Made by a program: the position numbers and the translations under genes. Below, piece after piece: positions 1-12,722 of a stretch of 64,000 bases of DNA. The DNA comes from Blastocladiella emersonii ATCC 22665 (Eukaryota; Fungi; Blastocladiomycota). Positions within the stretch are counted from its first letter, which is position 1; each line of letters starts with the position of its first letter. The notes under the pieces were generated by a model. The model saw only the letters and a list, made by a program, of their open reading frames with translations. It made no database searches and was not told the DNA's origin. The DNA is taken from positions 372,001 to 436,000 of the forward strand of contig JANHCV010000004.1 in NCBI GenBank assembly GCA_025594325.1, given 5' to 3'.

Positions 1-1137
1 CAGCCGCCCGGCCCGTTCAGCGGCGGAAGGGCAAGACCTGGACGGTGGGATCTCACTCGGTGCGAGCCGACCGCCGCACCGAAGACGCGAAGCGTGAGAC
101 TCGACAAGGCGGGCCGAGTGCGGAGGCCTCGTCGGAGGTGCAGCAAGATGGCGGACTCGAAAGACCGCGCGGGCATACAGCAAGAAGGCGCCGCACCCAT
201 TCGGACGGCGGAGCTCTCTCAGAGATACATGAGCGGTTGCCGAGACGGTTGCATCAGCTTAGCATGGGTGCGTTCTGTCTCTCATGGCTCGGCGTCGTCG
301 TCGACAGAGGGAGAGGAGCGCCACCGCGGCGGCGACAGACTGACCGGCCGCCCGACCGACCTCAACCACCACCACTCACACGCCCGCTTCGACGAGAACG
401 GCCCCATCAACCTTGTAGCCCTCGGTCGTCCTTGACGAGAGTCGCCGTCGCATCACCAAGGCTGCGATTAGCTGGCGGCGGACCGGTGAACGCGACTCTG
501 CGAGGTCGACGACGACGGGCTCCTCGCCGGGTCCCTGCACGACGAGCGAGCCACCTCCAGGACGGCGCATGCAGGACGTGACGCGATTCCCAAGCGGACT
601 TGCGCGCGCGCGCGCGCGGGACGGCGGCCGCGGTGAGGGGGGGGGGGGCATCCCACGCGACCAGCCGACGCCGAGCCCCGCGAACTCGCGCGCGCACATC
701 AGTTGTTCGCCAGGGTCATGCGGACAGGTCACAGCGGTGCGAGAGCCTTCCGCTGCTTCCGTGATCGGAAAGGGAAGGTTGTTCTCGGCGGCCCCGCGGT
801 GCGTGCGCGCGCTCAGGCGACCGTCCGCGCGCACGCGAATCCGCGCGGCCCCGGAGGCCGTGACCTCTCCACATCACCTCTTCTGCTGATCCGATGGCGT
901 GCGCGTGTGGAGGACTCGGTCAGCCGGCATCCGCGCGCCTCGTCATGCGGCAGGGGTCAGCGACGGCGACGGCAGGGTCGCAAGGGATCGCGCGACTCTT
1001 TGCTCGCCGACCTCGACCTCCGACCCCTGCACGACACGGCGGAACCGATAAGTACCGGCCGGTCCCCCGCTCTCTCTCTCAAGAGTTACAGCAGCAGCAC
1101 ACGCAACCGCTAGAACGCTAAAAGTCCATCGACCAAC

Positions 1138-2340
1138 ATGCAGATCAAGGCCCTCATTGCCGCGCTCGCGCTCGTCCTCGCGACGGCGTCCTCGACCGAG
1201 GCGGCGCCCAACAACGGCGTGCGCGCGCCCGTGTCGCTCAAGGACCGCTACATTGTGACGCTCAAGGGCGACGCCGACTTCAAGACCTTCTCGCGCGCCC
1301 TCAAGGCCGAGGTGGCTGCCGAGAACGCGCGCGAGGCGTCGGGCAACGGCAGCGGCGTCGTGTCCAAGATCGACCACGAGTTCCAGATCTCGGGCGACTT
1401 CAAGGGCTACGCCGGCACCTTTGCGCCGGGGCTCATCAAGCGCCTGCAGGCCAGCGGCAAGGTCGCGGCCGTCGAGGCCGATGCGACCGTGTACGCGACG
1501 GCGACGCAGACGCCCGCGGGCTCGTGGGGCCTGACGCGCGTCGGCCAGCGCGACCTCAACCTCGCGGCGGGCTACACGTACCCGGACTCGGCCGGCGCGG
1601 GCGTGACCGCCTACGTCATCGACACGGGCGTGCTGGTGTCGCACCCGGAGCTCGAGGGCCGCGCCACGTTCGGGTTCAAGGCCGACGCGTCGTGGTCCGA
1701 CGGCGACGGCAACGGGCACGGCACGCACGTCGCGGGCACCATCGCGTCCAAGAAGTACGGCGTCGCCAAGGCCGCGTCGGTTGTGGCGGTCAAGGTCCTG
1801 GGCGATGACGGCAGCGGCACCAACTCGGGCGTGATCGCGGGCATCAACTGGGTCGCGGCGCAGGCCAAGGCCGCGGGCAAGACGGCGGTGGCCAACATGT
1901 CGCTCGGTGGCGGAAAATCGGCGGCCGTGAACGCGGCCATCAAGTCGCTCGTCAACTCGGGCGTGGTGGCCGTCGTGGCCGCGGGCAACGAGTCGCAGGA
2001 CGCGTGCAACGTGTCGCCGGCGTCCGAGCCGTCGGCCGTGACCGTGGCGTCGTCGACCAAGACGGACGCGCTGTCGTCCTTCTCCAACTACGGCAGCGGG
2101 TGCGTCGACATCATCGCGCCCGGGTCGTCCATCACGTCGACGTGGAACAACGGCGCGACCAACACCATCTCGGGCACGTCCATGGCGTCGCCGCACGTCG
2201 CCGGCGCGGCCAGCCTGATTCTCGGCGCCAACCCGTCGTTCACGGTGTCGCAGGTCGTGTCGCAGCTGCTCAGCAAGGCCACGCCCAACAAGATCACGGG
2301 CACCAAGGGCACGCCCAACAAGCTGCTTTTCGTCAACTAA
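1138..2340 (+). CDS. Secreted subtilisin-like serine protease (S8A, proteinase K type) with I9 prodomain, copy 1
   Basis: Signal peptide MQIKALIAALALVLATASS; catalytic motifs DTG, HGTHVAGT, GTSMASPHVAG; oxyanion AAGN; uninterrupted ORF. Confidence 0.96.
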   Translation: MQIKALIAALALVLATASSTEAAPNNGVRAPVSLKDRYIVTLKGDADFKTFSRALKAEVAAENAREASGNGSGVVSKIDHEFQISGDFKGYAGTFAPGLIKRLQASGKVAAVEADATVYATATQTPAGSWGLTRVGQRDLNLAAGYTYPDSAGAGVTAYVIDTGVLVSHPELEGRATFGFKADASWSDGDGNGHGTHVAGTIASKKYGVAKAASVVAVKVLGDDGSGTNSGVIAGINWVAAQAKAAGKTAVANMSLGGGKSAAVNAAIKSLVNSGVVAVVAAGNESQDACNVSPASEPSAVTVASSTKTDALSSFSNYGSGCVDIIAPGSSITSTWNNGATNTISGTSMASPHVAGAASLILGANPSFTVSQVVSQLLSKATPNKITGTKGTPNKLLFVN

Positions 2341-2602
2341 GTTTCATGGCGTTGCTGCTGCTGCTGCGTGAGTTGTTTGCGACGTGTGCGTGTACGGCTG
2401 GCCGTGCGCATGAGTCGCAGGCGCGGCTCTCCCTCCATTGTCGATTTTGTGCATATTCCATTGTGTGTCGAGAGCCCGGCTGCGCCGTGGCTTCTCGCTC
2501 CTCCTCCTCTCCCTCTCTCCCACTCGATACACTCAAGACGATCTTATTCTCCCTTTGCATTGTTCGTGTGCGCGTGTGTTGGTGTTGCGGGATGTCCGTG
2601 GC

Positions 2603-3068
2603 CCGCGGCCCGCGGGGACTTGGCCAAAGTCCGCCTACCACAGATCGAAGGGTGCTAGTGGAGCGGGATCAGGCACCGTCGAATGGATCGTACTGGTACG
2701 CCGCTGTAGGCTAAGGGCGCGTGTGAAAAGACGGGCGGCGAACTTTGGACAAAGGTTCAATCCCCGATCGAGCGCCGCCGCCAGGACGAGGGGTCGACGG
2801 GAGGGGCCGGGTTCGTAGCGAGGAAGCTAGCATCCTTTTGTTGCTGGCGCCGGTTCCGCTCCAGCCCGCTCCGCATGCTTGCGCAGGATTAAAGCGAGCA
2901 ATGTTTTGGCCATTTTTTTTAGTTTTGTGAGGGTTCGGCGTCTCGTCTCGCGCGGGCGAGCGAGCGAGCGGGCGGGAGACACTGACGCGCGGCGACGCGT
3001 CGCGATATCGCGTGACCGCTGCGAGACGCGTTTTCACTCCACCTTACCTCACGTCGCCGGCCATCGAC
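2603..3068 (+). repeat. Dispersed ~466-bp repeat R, variant 1 (structured, Pol III-like boxes)
   Basis: ccgcggcccgcgggg...ggccatcgac found five times; flanks differ between variants 1 and 2. Confidence 0.9.
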
Positions 3069-3273
3069 ACGATCAACCTTGTTCCGCTGCCCGCGATCCT
3101 GAGAAGAACGCCCGAGATATGCGGAAGCAGCAAGTATGCAAAGAAGATGCCGAAGAGAGACCGTCGGTTGAGTTGTATGTGCTATGCCAGGTCGGGTCGG
3201 GTAGGGTAGGGAGGGAGAGTACGGGCGAGCGCAGAAGGCGGGCGAGCAGGGTAGTACACGGTGGAGGAGTCAA

Positions 3274-6200
3274 TCACACAGCGGCGCGACGCCGAGGAGG
3301 GAGAAACACGGACGGCCGGCGCCGACGGCGTGAATGGTCGAGCTTCTGCTGCTGCCACTCGCGCTGCTCGCGCTGCCGCAGCTGGGCCACCTCCGCTAGG
3401 AGCGCCACGACGACCCGCGGCAGCAACGGCGGACCGGCGCACGACACCCCGTCCCCCGCGTCGACGTCCATGCCGTCGTGGTCAAAGTCGGCGAGGTCAG
3501 CGGGCTGGGCGTTGGCGGGCTTAGCATCGGCGGGCTTAGCGTCGGCGGTGGTGGTGAACAGGCCCGTGATCATCTCGGGCGCCACGGCGCACAGCTTCGC
3601 GGCCATGGTGAGCTTGGCCGCAGCGTCGCACTGGCACGCGGGTCCAGTACCCGCGGTGTTCTCGTGGTTGTGGCGCGGGTCGCGCGGGTCGCGCGGGTCG
3701 CGGCCGTAGGGATACCCGGCCACGTACCCGCGACCGCCGTTGCGCGCACGGGTCGCCGCCGCCCGGGCCACCGCCGCCGCGATCTCGGCCTGCGATGGCG
3801 GCGGGTCGAGCCGCTGCACGTCGAGAAAAAACCGGCGGATCGCGGCCTTGGCGGGGTCCGGGAGCGAGATGATGGGCTTGGGCGCGAGCGAGTCGCGGAG
3901 GATCGACAGCAGCTGCTCGAACGTGTGGCGCCACGCGGGGGTTTGCTGCAGCGGGCACGGCGGGGATCGCGGGCAGGCACCGTCGCTGCCGCCGCCGACG
4001 CCGTGGGGGAGCGGCGCGAGCGGCGAAAAGTCGACGGCGCACGACGATAGGGTCGCGGGATTGCCGCCGCCGAGCGAGGCCACGACCATGCCCGAGAGGA
4101 GGAGGTCGGCCGCACCGCTGTCGGCAATCTGGTCGAGCACCTCCTGCTGGCGCCCCGCCACGGGCGACGCCGCACCGAGGACCTTGACGGTCAGCCGCAC
4201 GACGGACGGGTCGCTCAGCGTCGCGGCGAGGTAGGCGCGGGCGCCGGCCGCGGCGGCGGTGTCGCCCGAGTTGCGGTACGTGGCGGCCCGGTTGTTGCGC
4301 TCGCCTTGGCGTCGTCGTGGTGGTCGTGGTCGCAGTGGTCGCGGTCACGGTCGGCGACGCTGATGTACAGCGCGAGCACGACGCCGAACGTGTCCGACGC
4401 CGCCGTCGCCGCCCGGCTCGGGTCAAGGGCAGCCACGAGCACTTGCACGAGCGACAGCACCTGCAGTCGTTGCTGGCGGGCCAGGAACTCGCGGACCGCG
4501 ACGCCAAACCCCTCGTAGATGTCGAGGCAGCACCGGCGCAGCACCTCGGCGAACTGGTTGTCCGCGGGCACAAACTCGCGCAGCACCCGGATCGCGGTGG
4601 GCAGGTTGCGCGGCGCATCCGGACCCAGCATGGCGCTCCGTGCGAGCACTAGATAGCGACGATGGCGATAGCGGTGGGACCGGGCGGTTAGTGCTTGCAC
4701 GCGAGGAGGAGAAGCAGGAATAGAGCGGAGTGTTCGAGCCATCAGAGTCAGCAAAAGGAGCGAGGAAACTGTTGCGTACCCTCGCCGAGCGTCGTGGTCC
4801 ACCACACGGAGCACTGCTGCTGATGCTGGTTGAGGTGTCGCCGAAGCTGCGTGAGGTTGTTCTTCTCGAGGTTCGAGTACATGACGGCGGCCCACGAGTG
4901 CGGCCCAATGCCGACGTAACCCACCACGAGCGCGTGCGAGTTGATCAGCTGCTGGACAAATTCGACGCGGGTCGACAGCGCCGCGTCAAACCGCTCGCGC
5001 TGGCCCAGTGCCCGCGGATCGGACCCGTGGTAGCTGCTGGCGCTGCCCGGGTCGCAGGTCCCGCTCCAGTCGTGCGTCGTGAGCACGTCGAGCGACTGCC
5101 CGACGGCGCGAAACAGCTCCGGCGTGTCGGCGGGAGCCACCGACGACGGCAGGGCCTTGAGGTTGGCGAGGCCCTGGGCGAAGATGGGCTCGCGGGACAG
5201 GATCTCGCTGACGAGCGTCTGCGGGTTGGCGCGGCGGCAGCGCGCGTGGCGGGCCCACTGGACGACGTCGGTCCAGCCGTCGTGCAGGAAGCCGGGCCGG
5301 GCCGGGTACGGGTTGGCGAACCGCGCGAGGGCGGGCGCGTTCCACGACAGCGCCGCCAGCGCGCCAAAGAACTGGTATCCGCGGAAGAGGGGGACGGCCG
5401 ACGTCGAGCGCTGTTGGGCCATGGCCGCCCAGAGCACGCGAGCCGCGGGGTGGTTCTTGGCGAGGCCGACGAGCTTGAGCCACGCCTCCCACGACAGCTC
5501 CAGGTCACCGAGCAGCCACGCCACCACGTCGTCCGAGACCTTGAGCAGCGCGTCGAGGAGGTGCAGGTACGGGTGCCGGTGCTGGTACAGCAGCTGCTTT
5601 TGGCGCCGCTTCGCGTCCTCGTGCGGGGCGGCGGCCACGGCCGCGGCTGCGGCGCCGGTCGCGGGTCCGCCAGTGACCGCGAGGGCCAGCAGCCGCAGGT
5701 GCGTCACCAGCGCCATGGCGACGAGCTGCTCCGACAGCTGGACGGCGTCGTTGTTGTTGGTGCCGGTGCCGGTAGCGGGAGACGCCGACGCGCAGTCGCC
5801 GCGTGCGCGTGCCACGCCGTCGGAGATGAGCTGCGCGAGTCGGCGCAGGCGGAGCTGCTGTACGTCTGCGGGCAGATCACCGAAATGGGGTCCGGCACGC
5901 CCGCCCGCGTCCACGTCCATGAGGTCGCCGTCGCTGCTCTGCTCCCACGGGTCGACGCACGCGTCGTCCTCGCTCCAGATGGGGTTGCGCTTGCGCTTGC
6001 GCTTGCGCTCGGGCTCGCGCGTGGGCTCGGGATCGGGATCGAGATCGGGTTCGACGACCTTGGCGCGACCGAGGGCAGCCGTGTCGGCGGCGTCCTCGGC
6101 CTCGGCCAGGGCCGCGAGGTCCGCGACGGCGGCAGCCGCGGACGCAGCGTCCATGCCGTTGACGACCATGCGGAAGCCGGGCGACCGCATCACCGAGTCG

Positions 6201-6921
6201 ACCCACTCGGTGAGCTGCGAGACGACGTGACGGTGCTTGAGCTGCTGCGGCACGTTGCGGGCACGACTGCCCTGGGCGCCGTCGCGCAGCAGGTCTCGAA
6301 GGTACCGCCCGACTAGCAGCTCGGCAGCGTCCATGGCGGCACGCGAGTCGGCGGCATCGGCGGAGTGCGCAGCAGGGACGGCGTGGGCAGCGGGGCCGGG
6401 TGCGGGTGCGGGTACAGGGTCAGGACCTTGCGCTGGCGCGGGCTGCGGGTCGTCGTCGCCCGCGAGGATCTCGGCCGACAGCCGGTGCAGGGAGGCGATG
6501 ACGGACGCGGGCAGGACGGCGGCGGTCGAGGTGGATGCCGTAGCGGCAACCGCCGGGGCGCGCGGGAAGGGCAGGGCGGATGGCGCAGCGGTGAGATCGA
6601 CGGCCGAGTCCATGTGCGAGGAGGGACCATGGAGTTGCGGGTGCGGGGCAGCCGCTAGTGTAGGGGCGACAGCCTTGCGCGCCTTCTCGCGCTCCCGCTT
6701 CGCGCGGTTGCGCCGTTGCGACTTGGTCACATCAGCGGGAGAGAGAGCGGGAGCGGGAGATACGGATGCGGAAGCGCCGTCGCCATCGAGCGGCGGCGAC
6801 TCGTGGCCGAGTTCAGAAGCCTACGCGCAGGGTCACGAACAAGTCAGCAACGGAGTCCTGTTCGCATGCTGCGCGCGGGCCGTCGGGAGGGCAGACGAGC
6901 AAGATAGCGCGAACGTACCAT
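3274..6921 (-). CDS. Uncharacterised ~1,100-aa, probably helical protein, copy 1 (spliced; internal frame break near 4305)
   Basis: Mirror of the 22369..26016 model; host-like GC3 bias; no family recognised. Confidence 0.7.
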
Positions 6922-8403
6922 GGCGTTTGGACGTGGTACACGAGGCGCGTGTGTTGATGATGGGCAAAGTGATTGCGACGTGCGGAGGAGAGTGGAAGGG
7001 GCGGCGGGGCGAGGCGAAGCGTGTTCCGTTGTCGCGCCGCGTCGCACGGCCCAATCGAGTGCAAGGGCGAGGAAGGTAGAGAGGGGCGAGCAGCGCCCCG
7101 AGAGAGAGAGCGAGCAATCTGCGGGGTGCTGGCGCGGCGCGAGGCAGGGGCGAGCGAGGACACGCTGACATGGCGGCGCCCCCGGACGGCGCCCGGCCTG
7201 CCCTCAGGCGTGGGAGCAATGGTGGGAGACACACCGGCTGCGCGAGGCCGAGGCGGGCGGCCGAGCGACAGGCCCAGCGACCGCGGGGCGGAGGGGGCGG
7301 GTGGCGAGAGGATCGGGCTCGCCACGGCGATGATTCATGGTGAGCGGGCTTGTGCGGTAGTGGGGCGCAAGAGAGATTGACTGCTGACCGAAGACGAGGG
7401 CGAAGGTCGGTGGCCTGGTCGCTGGCGGCGGTCGGTTGGCGGTCGGTCGGCGGCGGCGGCGAGCGCAACGTGGGAAGGCGTGGCGCCGCCACACACGTGT
7501 TTGATCGACGCGTCTCTCACCTGGTCTCTCACCCCCGCTCGGCGACCACCACCACAACACCATTTCCTTGCCAGTATAGCCTCCCATCATCCCAAATGAC
7601 TGGTGGGGCGGAGGGCCGCGGTGTATGCGGATCGGAAGACATGAATCTCGCGCTCTTCGCACGCCAAAACACTTGCATGCGAGCAACCTCGGTTCTGTGG
7701 CTTTGAAATAGACAGCAGCATGCATTCCTTGTACTGAAGCAAGGTTTATCCCAATGCCGCTTGGGGTTGATTGAGATCGAGCCCTTGACACAAGACACCG
7801 CCAAGTCGAGCCGCTCGGACATGTACTTGGACGAGACGTTAAGATCCTCGAGGGAAGCAATCAAATGTAGTAGTAAACAACCCGCGTAACCTACAGGAAA
7901 ACATGGGCTGGCGGGCGGGACTCGTGGTGCTCTTGGCGCAGCGAGTCGATCTCCGTTTTCAGGCATCACAGGCGCATCGTGCCTGTCGTGTCGCCAACAA
8001 GAGCTCGACGATGTCCTTACCGTCTGCGTTGCGCAATATACTGAAATTTGAGAGCGCAAGCGAGTGTGGTTCCATGCACGCGGGACGGGGGCACGCGGGA
8101 GTTGCGTTGCTGCTCGTCGCCCCGCAACGTTCGACATCCGTACGCTCCTCTCACAGAAACGCAACTCCCTACCCCACATTGCTGTGTATTGAGTGAATAC
8201 GGCGCCAGGCGGGGCAAGCTCGCGGTGCGGTGAAGCATTTGGAGGGTGGTTGCGCCTTCAGATCGCGACCGCTAACGCTTGAGGGAAAGCCCTCCGTCGC
8301 CGCATTTACATTGCCCATGAAACCATTTCAATCCCACTGAAAGCCGCGGGAGGGAAGGCGATGCCGGCTCAACTCGCTACAAGAGAACCACTATCACGGG
8401 ATG

Positions 8404-8869
8404 CCGCGGCCCGCGGGGACTTGGCCAAAGTCCGCCTACCACAGATCGAAGGGTGCTAGTGGAGCGGGATCAGGCACCGTCGAATGGATCGTACTGGTAC
8501 GCCGCTGTAGGCTAAGGGCGCGTGTGAAAAGACGGGCGGCGAACTTTGGACAAAGGTTCAATCCCCGATCGAGCGCCGCCGCCAGGACGAGGGGTCGACG
8601 GGAGGGGCCGGGTTCGTAGCGAGGAAGCTAGCATCCTTTTGTTGCTGGCGCCGGTTCCGCTCCAGCCCGCTCCGCATGCTTGCGCAGGATTAAAGCGAGC
8701 AATGTTTTGGCCATTTTTTTTAGTTTTGTGAGGGTTCGGCGTCTCGTCTCGCGCGGGCGAGCGAGCGAGCGGGCGGGAGACACTGACGCGCGGCGACGCG
8801 TCGCGATATCGCGTGACCGCTGCGAGACGCGTTTTCACTCCACCTTACCTCACGTCGCCGGCCATCGAC
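8404..8869 (+). repeat. Repeat R, hybrid copy at the tandem junction
   Basis: Left flank as variant 2 (cacgggatg); 3' diagnostic bases as variant 1 (aatgttttgg). Confidence 0.88.
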
Positions 8870-9074
8870 ACGATCAACCTTGTTCCGCTGCCCGCGATCC
8901 TGAGAAGAACGCCCGAGATATGCGGAAGCAGCAAGTATGCAAAGAAGATGCCGAAGAGAGACCGTCGGTTGAGTTGTATGTGCTATGCCAGGTCGGGTCG
9001 GGTAGGGTAGGGAGGGAGAGTACGGGCGAGCGCAGAAGGCGGGCGAGCAGGGTAGTACACGGTGGAGGAGTCAA

Positions 9075-12000
9075 TCACACAGCGGCGCGACGCCGAGGAG
9101 GGAGAAACACGGACGGCCGGCGCCGACGGCGTGAATGGTCGAGCTTCTGCTGCTGCCACTCGCGCTGCTCGCGCTGCCGCAGCTGGGCCACCTCCGCTAG
9201 GAGCGCCACGACGACCCGCGGCAGCAACGGCGGACCGGCGCACGACACCCCGTCCCCCGCGTCGACGTCCATGCCGTCGTGGTCAAAGTCGGCGAGGTCA
9301 GCGGGCTGGGCGTTGGCGGGCTTAGCATCGGCGGGCTTAGCGTCGGCGGTGGTGGTGAACAGGCCCGTGATCATCTCGGGCGCCACGGCGCACAGCTTCG
9401 CGGCCATGGTGAGCTTGGCCGCAGCGTCGCACTGGCACGCGGGTCCAGTACCCGCGGTGTTCTCGTGGTTGTGGCGCGGGTCGCGCGGGTCGCGCGGGTC
9501 GCGGCCGTAGGGATACCCGGCCACGTACCCGCGACCGCCGTTGCGCGCACGGGTCGCCGCCGCCCGGGCCACCGCCGCCGCGATCTCGGCCTGCGATGGC
9601 GGCGGGTCGAGCCGCTGCACGTCGAGAAAAAACCGGCGGATCGCGGCCTTGGCGGGGTCCGGGAGCGAGATGATGGGCTTGGGCGCGAGCGAGTCGCGGA
9701 GGATCGACAGCAGCTGCTCGAACGTGTGGCGCCACGCGGGGGTTTGCTGCAGCGGGCACGGCGGGGATCGCGGGCAGGCACCGTCGCTGCCGCCGCCGAC
9801 GCCGTGGGGGAGCGGCGCGAGCGGCGAAAAGTCGACGGCGCACGACGATAGGGTCGCGGGATTGCCGCCGCCGAGCGAGGCCACGACCATGCCCGAGAGG
9901 AGGAGGTCGGCCGCACCGCTGTCGGCAATCTGGTCGAGCACCTCCTGCTGGCGCCCCGCCACGGGCGACGCCGCACCGAGGACCTTGACGGTCAGCCGCA
10001 CGACGGACGGGTCGCTCAGCGTCGCGGCGAGGTAGGCGCGGGCGCCGGCCGCGGCGGCGGTGTCGCCCGAGTTGCGGTACGTGGCGGCCCGGTTGTTGCG
10101 CTCGCCTTGGCGTCGTCGTGGTGGTCGTGGTCGCAGTGGTCGCGGTCACGGTCGGCGACGCTGATGTACAGCGCGAGCACGACGCCGAACGTGTCCGACG
10201 CCGCCGTCGCCGCCCGGCTCGGGTCAAGGGCAGCCACGAGCACTTGCACGAGCGACAGCACCTGCAGTCGTTGCTGGCGGGCCAGGAACTCGCGGACCGC
10301 GACGCCAAACCCCTCGTAGATGTCGAGGCAGCACCGGCGCAGCACCTCGGCGAACTGGTTGTCCGCGGGCACAAACTCGCGCAGCACCCGGATCGCGGTG
10401 GGCAGGTTGCGCGGCGCATCCGGACCCAGCATGGCGCTCCGTGCGAGCACTAGATAGCGACGATGGCGATAGCGGTGGGACCGGGCGGTTAGTGCTTGCA
10501 CGCGAGGAGGAGAAGCAGGAATAGAGCGGAGTGTTCGAGCCATCAGAGTCAGCAAAAGGAGCGAGGAAACTGTTGCGTACCCTCGCCGAGCGTCGTGGTC
10601 CACCACACGGAGCACTGCTGCTGATGCTGGTTGAGGTGTCGCCGAAGCTGCGTGAGGTTGTTCTTCTCGAGGTTCGAGTACATGACGGCGGCCCACGAGT
10701 GCGGCCCAATGCCGACGTAACCCACCACGAGCGCGTGCGAGTTGATCAGCTGCTGGACAAATTCGACGCGGGTCGACAGCGCCGCGTCAAACCGCTCGCG
10801 CTGGCCCAGTGCCCGCGGATCGGACCCGTGGTAGCTGCTGGCGCTGCCCGGGTCGCAGGTCCCGCTCCAGTCGTGCGTCGTGAGCACGTCGAGCGACTGC
10901 CCGACGGCGCGAAACAGCTCCGGCGTGTCGGCGGGAGCCACCGACGACGGCAGGGCCTTGAGGTTGGCGAGGCCCTGGGCGAAGATGGGCTCGCGGGACA
11001 GGATCTCGCTGACGAGCGTCTGCGGGTTGGCGCGGCGGCAGCGCGCGTGGCGGGCCCACTGGACGACGTCGGTCCAGCCGTCGTGCAGGAAGCCGGGCCG
11101 GGCCGGGTACGGGTTGGCGAACCGCGCGAGGGCGGGCGCGTTCCACGACAGCGCCGCCAGCGCGCCAAAGAACTGGTATCCGCGGAAGAGGGGGACGGCC
11201 GACGTCGAGCGCTGTTGGGCCATGGCCGCCCAGAGCACGCGAGCCGCGGGGTGGTTCTTGGCGAGGCCGACGAGCTTGAGCCACGCCTCCCACGACAGCT
11301 CCAGGTCACCGAGCAGCCACGCCACCACGTCGTCCGAGACCTTGAGCAGCGCGTCGAGGAGGTGCAGGTACGGGTGCCGGTGCTGGTACAGCAGCTGCTT
11401 TTGGCGCCGCTTCGCGTCCTCGTGCGGGGCGGCGGCCACGGCCGCGGCTGCGGCGCCGGTCGCGGGTCCGCCAGTGACCGCGAGGGCCAGCAGCCGCAGG
11501 TGCGTCACCAGCGCCATGGCGACGAGCTGCTCCGACAGCTGGACGGCGTCGTTGTTGTTGGTGCCGGTGCCGGTAGCGGGAGACGCCGACGCGCAGTCGC
11601 CGCGTGCGCGTGCCACGCCGTCGGAGATGAGCTGCGCGAGTCGGCGCAGGCGGAGCTGCTGTACGTCTGCGGGCAGATCACCGAAATGGGGTCCGGCACG
11701 CCCGCCCGCGTCCACGTCCATGAGGTCGCCGTCGCTGCTCTGCTCCCACGGGTCGACGCACGCGTCGTCCTCGCTCCAGATGGGGTTGCGCTTGCGCTTG
11801 CGCTTGCGCTCGGGCTCGCGCGTGGGCTCGGGATCGGGATCGAGATCGGGTTCGACGACCTTGGCGCGACCGAGGGCAGCCGTGTCGGCGGCGTCCTCGG
11901 CCTCGGCCAGGGCCGCGAGGTCCGCGACGGCGGCAGCCGCGGACGCAGCGTCCATGCCGTTGACGACCATGCGGAAGCCGGGCGACCGCATCACCGAGTC

Positions 12001-12722
12001 GACCCACTCGGTGAGCTGCGAGACGACGTGACGGTGCTTGAGCTGCTGCGGCACGTTGCGGGCACGACTGCCCTGGGCGCCGTCGCGCAGCAGGTCTCGA
12101 AGGTACCGCCCGACTAGCAGCTCGGCAGCGTCCATGGCGGCACGCGAGTCGGCGGCATCGGCGGAGTGCGCAGCAGGGACGGCGTGGGCAGCGGGGCCGG
12201 GTGCGGGTGCGGGTACAGGGTCAGGACCTTGCGCTGGCGCGGGCTGCGGGTCGTCGTCGCCCGCGAGGATCTCGGCCGACAGCCGGTGCAGGGAGGCGAT
12301 GACGGACGCGGGCAGGACGGCGGCGGTCGAGGTGGATGCCGTAGCGGCAACCGCCGGGGCGCGCGGGAAGGGCAGGGCGGATGGCGCAGCGGTGAGATCG
12401 ACGGCCGAGTCCATGTGCGAGGAGGGACCATGGAGTTGCGGGTGCGGGGCAGCCGCTAGTGTAGGGGCGACAGCCTTGCGCGCCTTCTCGCGCTCCCGCT
12501 TCGCGCGGTTGCGCCGTTGCGACTTGGTCACATCAGCGGGAGAGAGAGCGGGAGCGGGAGATACGGATGCGGAAGCGCCGTCGCCATCGAGCGGCGGCGA
12601 CTCGTGGCCGAGTTCAGAAGCCTACGCGCAGGGTCACGAACAAGTCAGCAACGGAGTCCTGTTCGCATGCTGCGCGCGGGCCGTCGGGAGGGCAGACGAG
12701 CAAGATAGCGCGAACGTACCAT
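9075..12722 (-). CDS. Uncharacterised ~1,100-aa protein, copy 2
   Basis: Tandem copy at +5801. Confidence 0.7.

Larger units (their letters stand above)
2603..8403. repeat. 5801-bp tandem unit, copy 1
   Basis: All ORFs recur at +5801 (e.g. 4748..6730 and 10549..12531). Confidence 0.97.

Noticed and set aside
2690-2780. tRNA, 5S rRNA, SRP or RNase MRP identity for R (gctgtaggct, ggttcaatccc, aagtccccg)
   Set aside because: Only short motif resemblances; T-stem and acceptor stem do not pair, and no SRP helix-8 GNRA or complete MRP motifs were found by eye.
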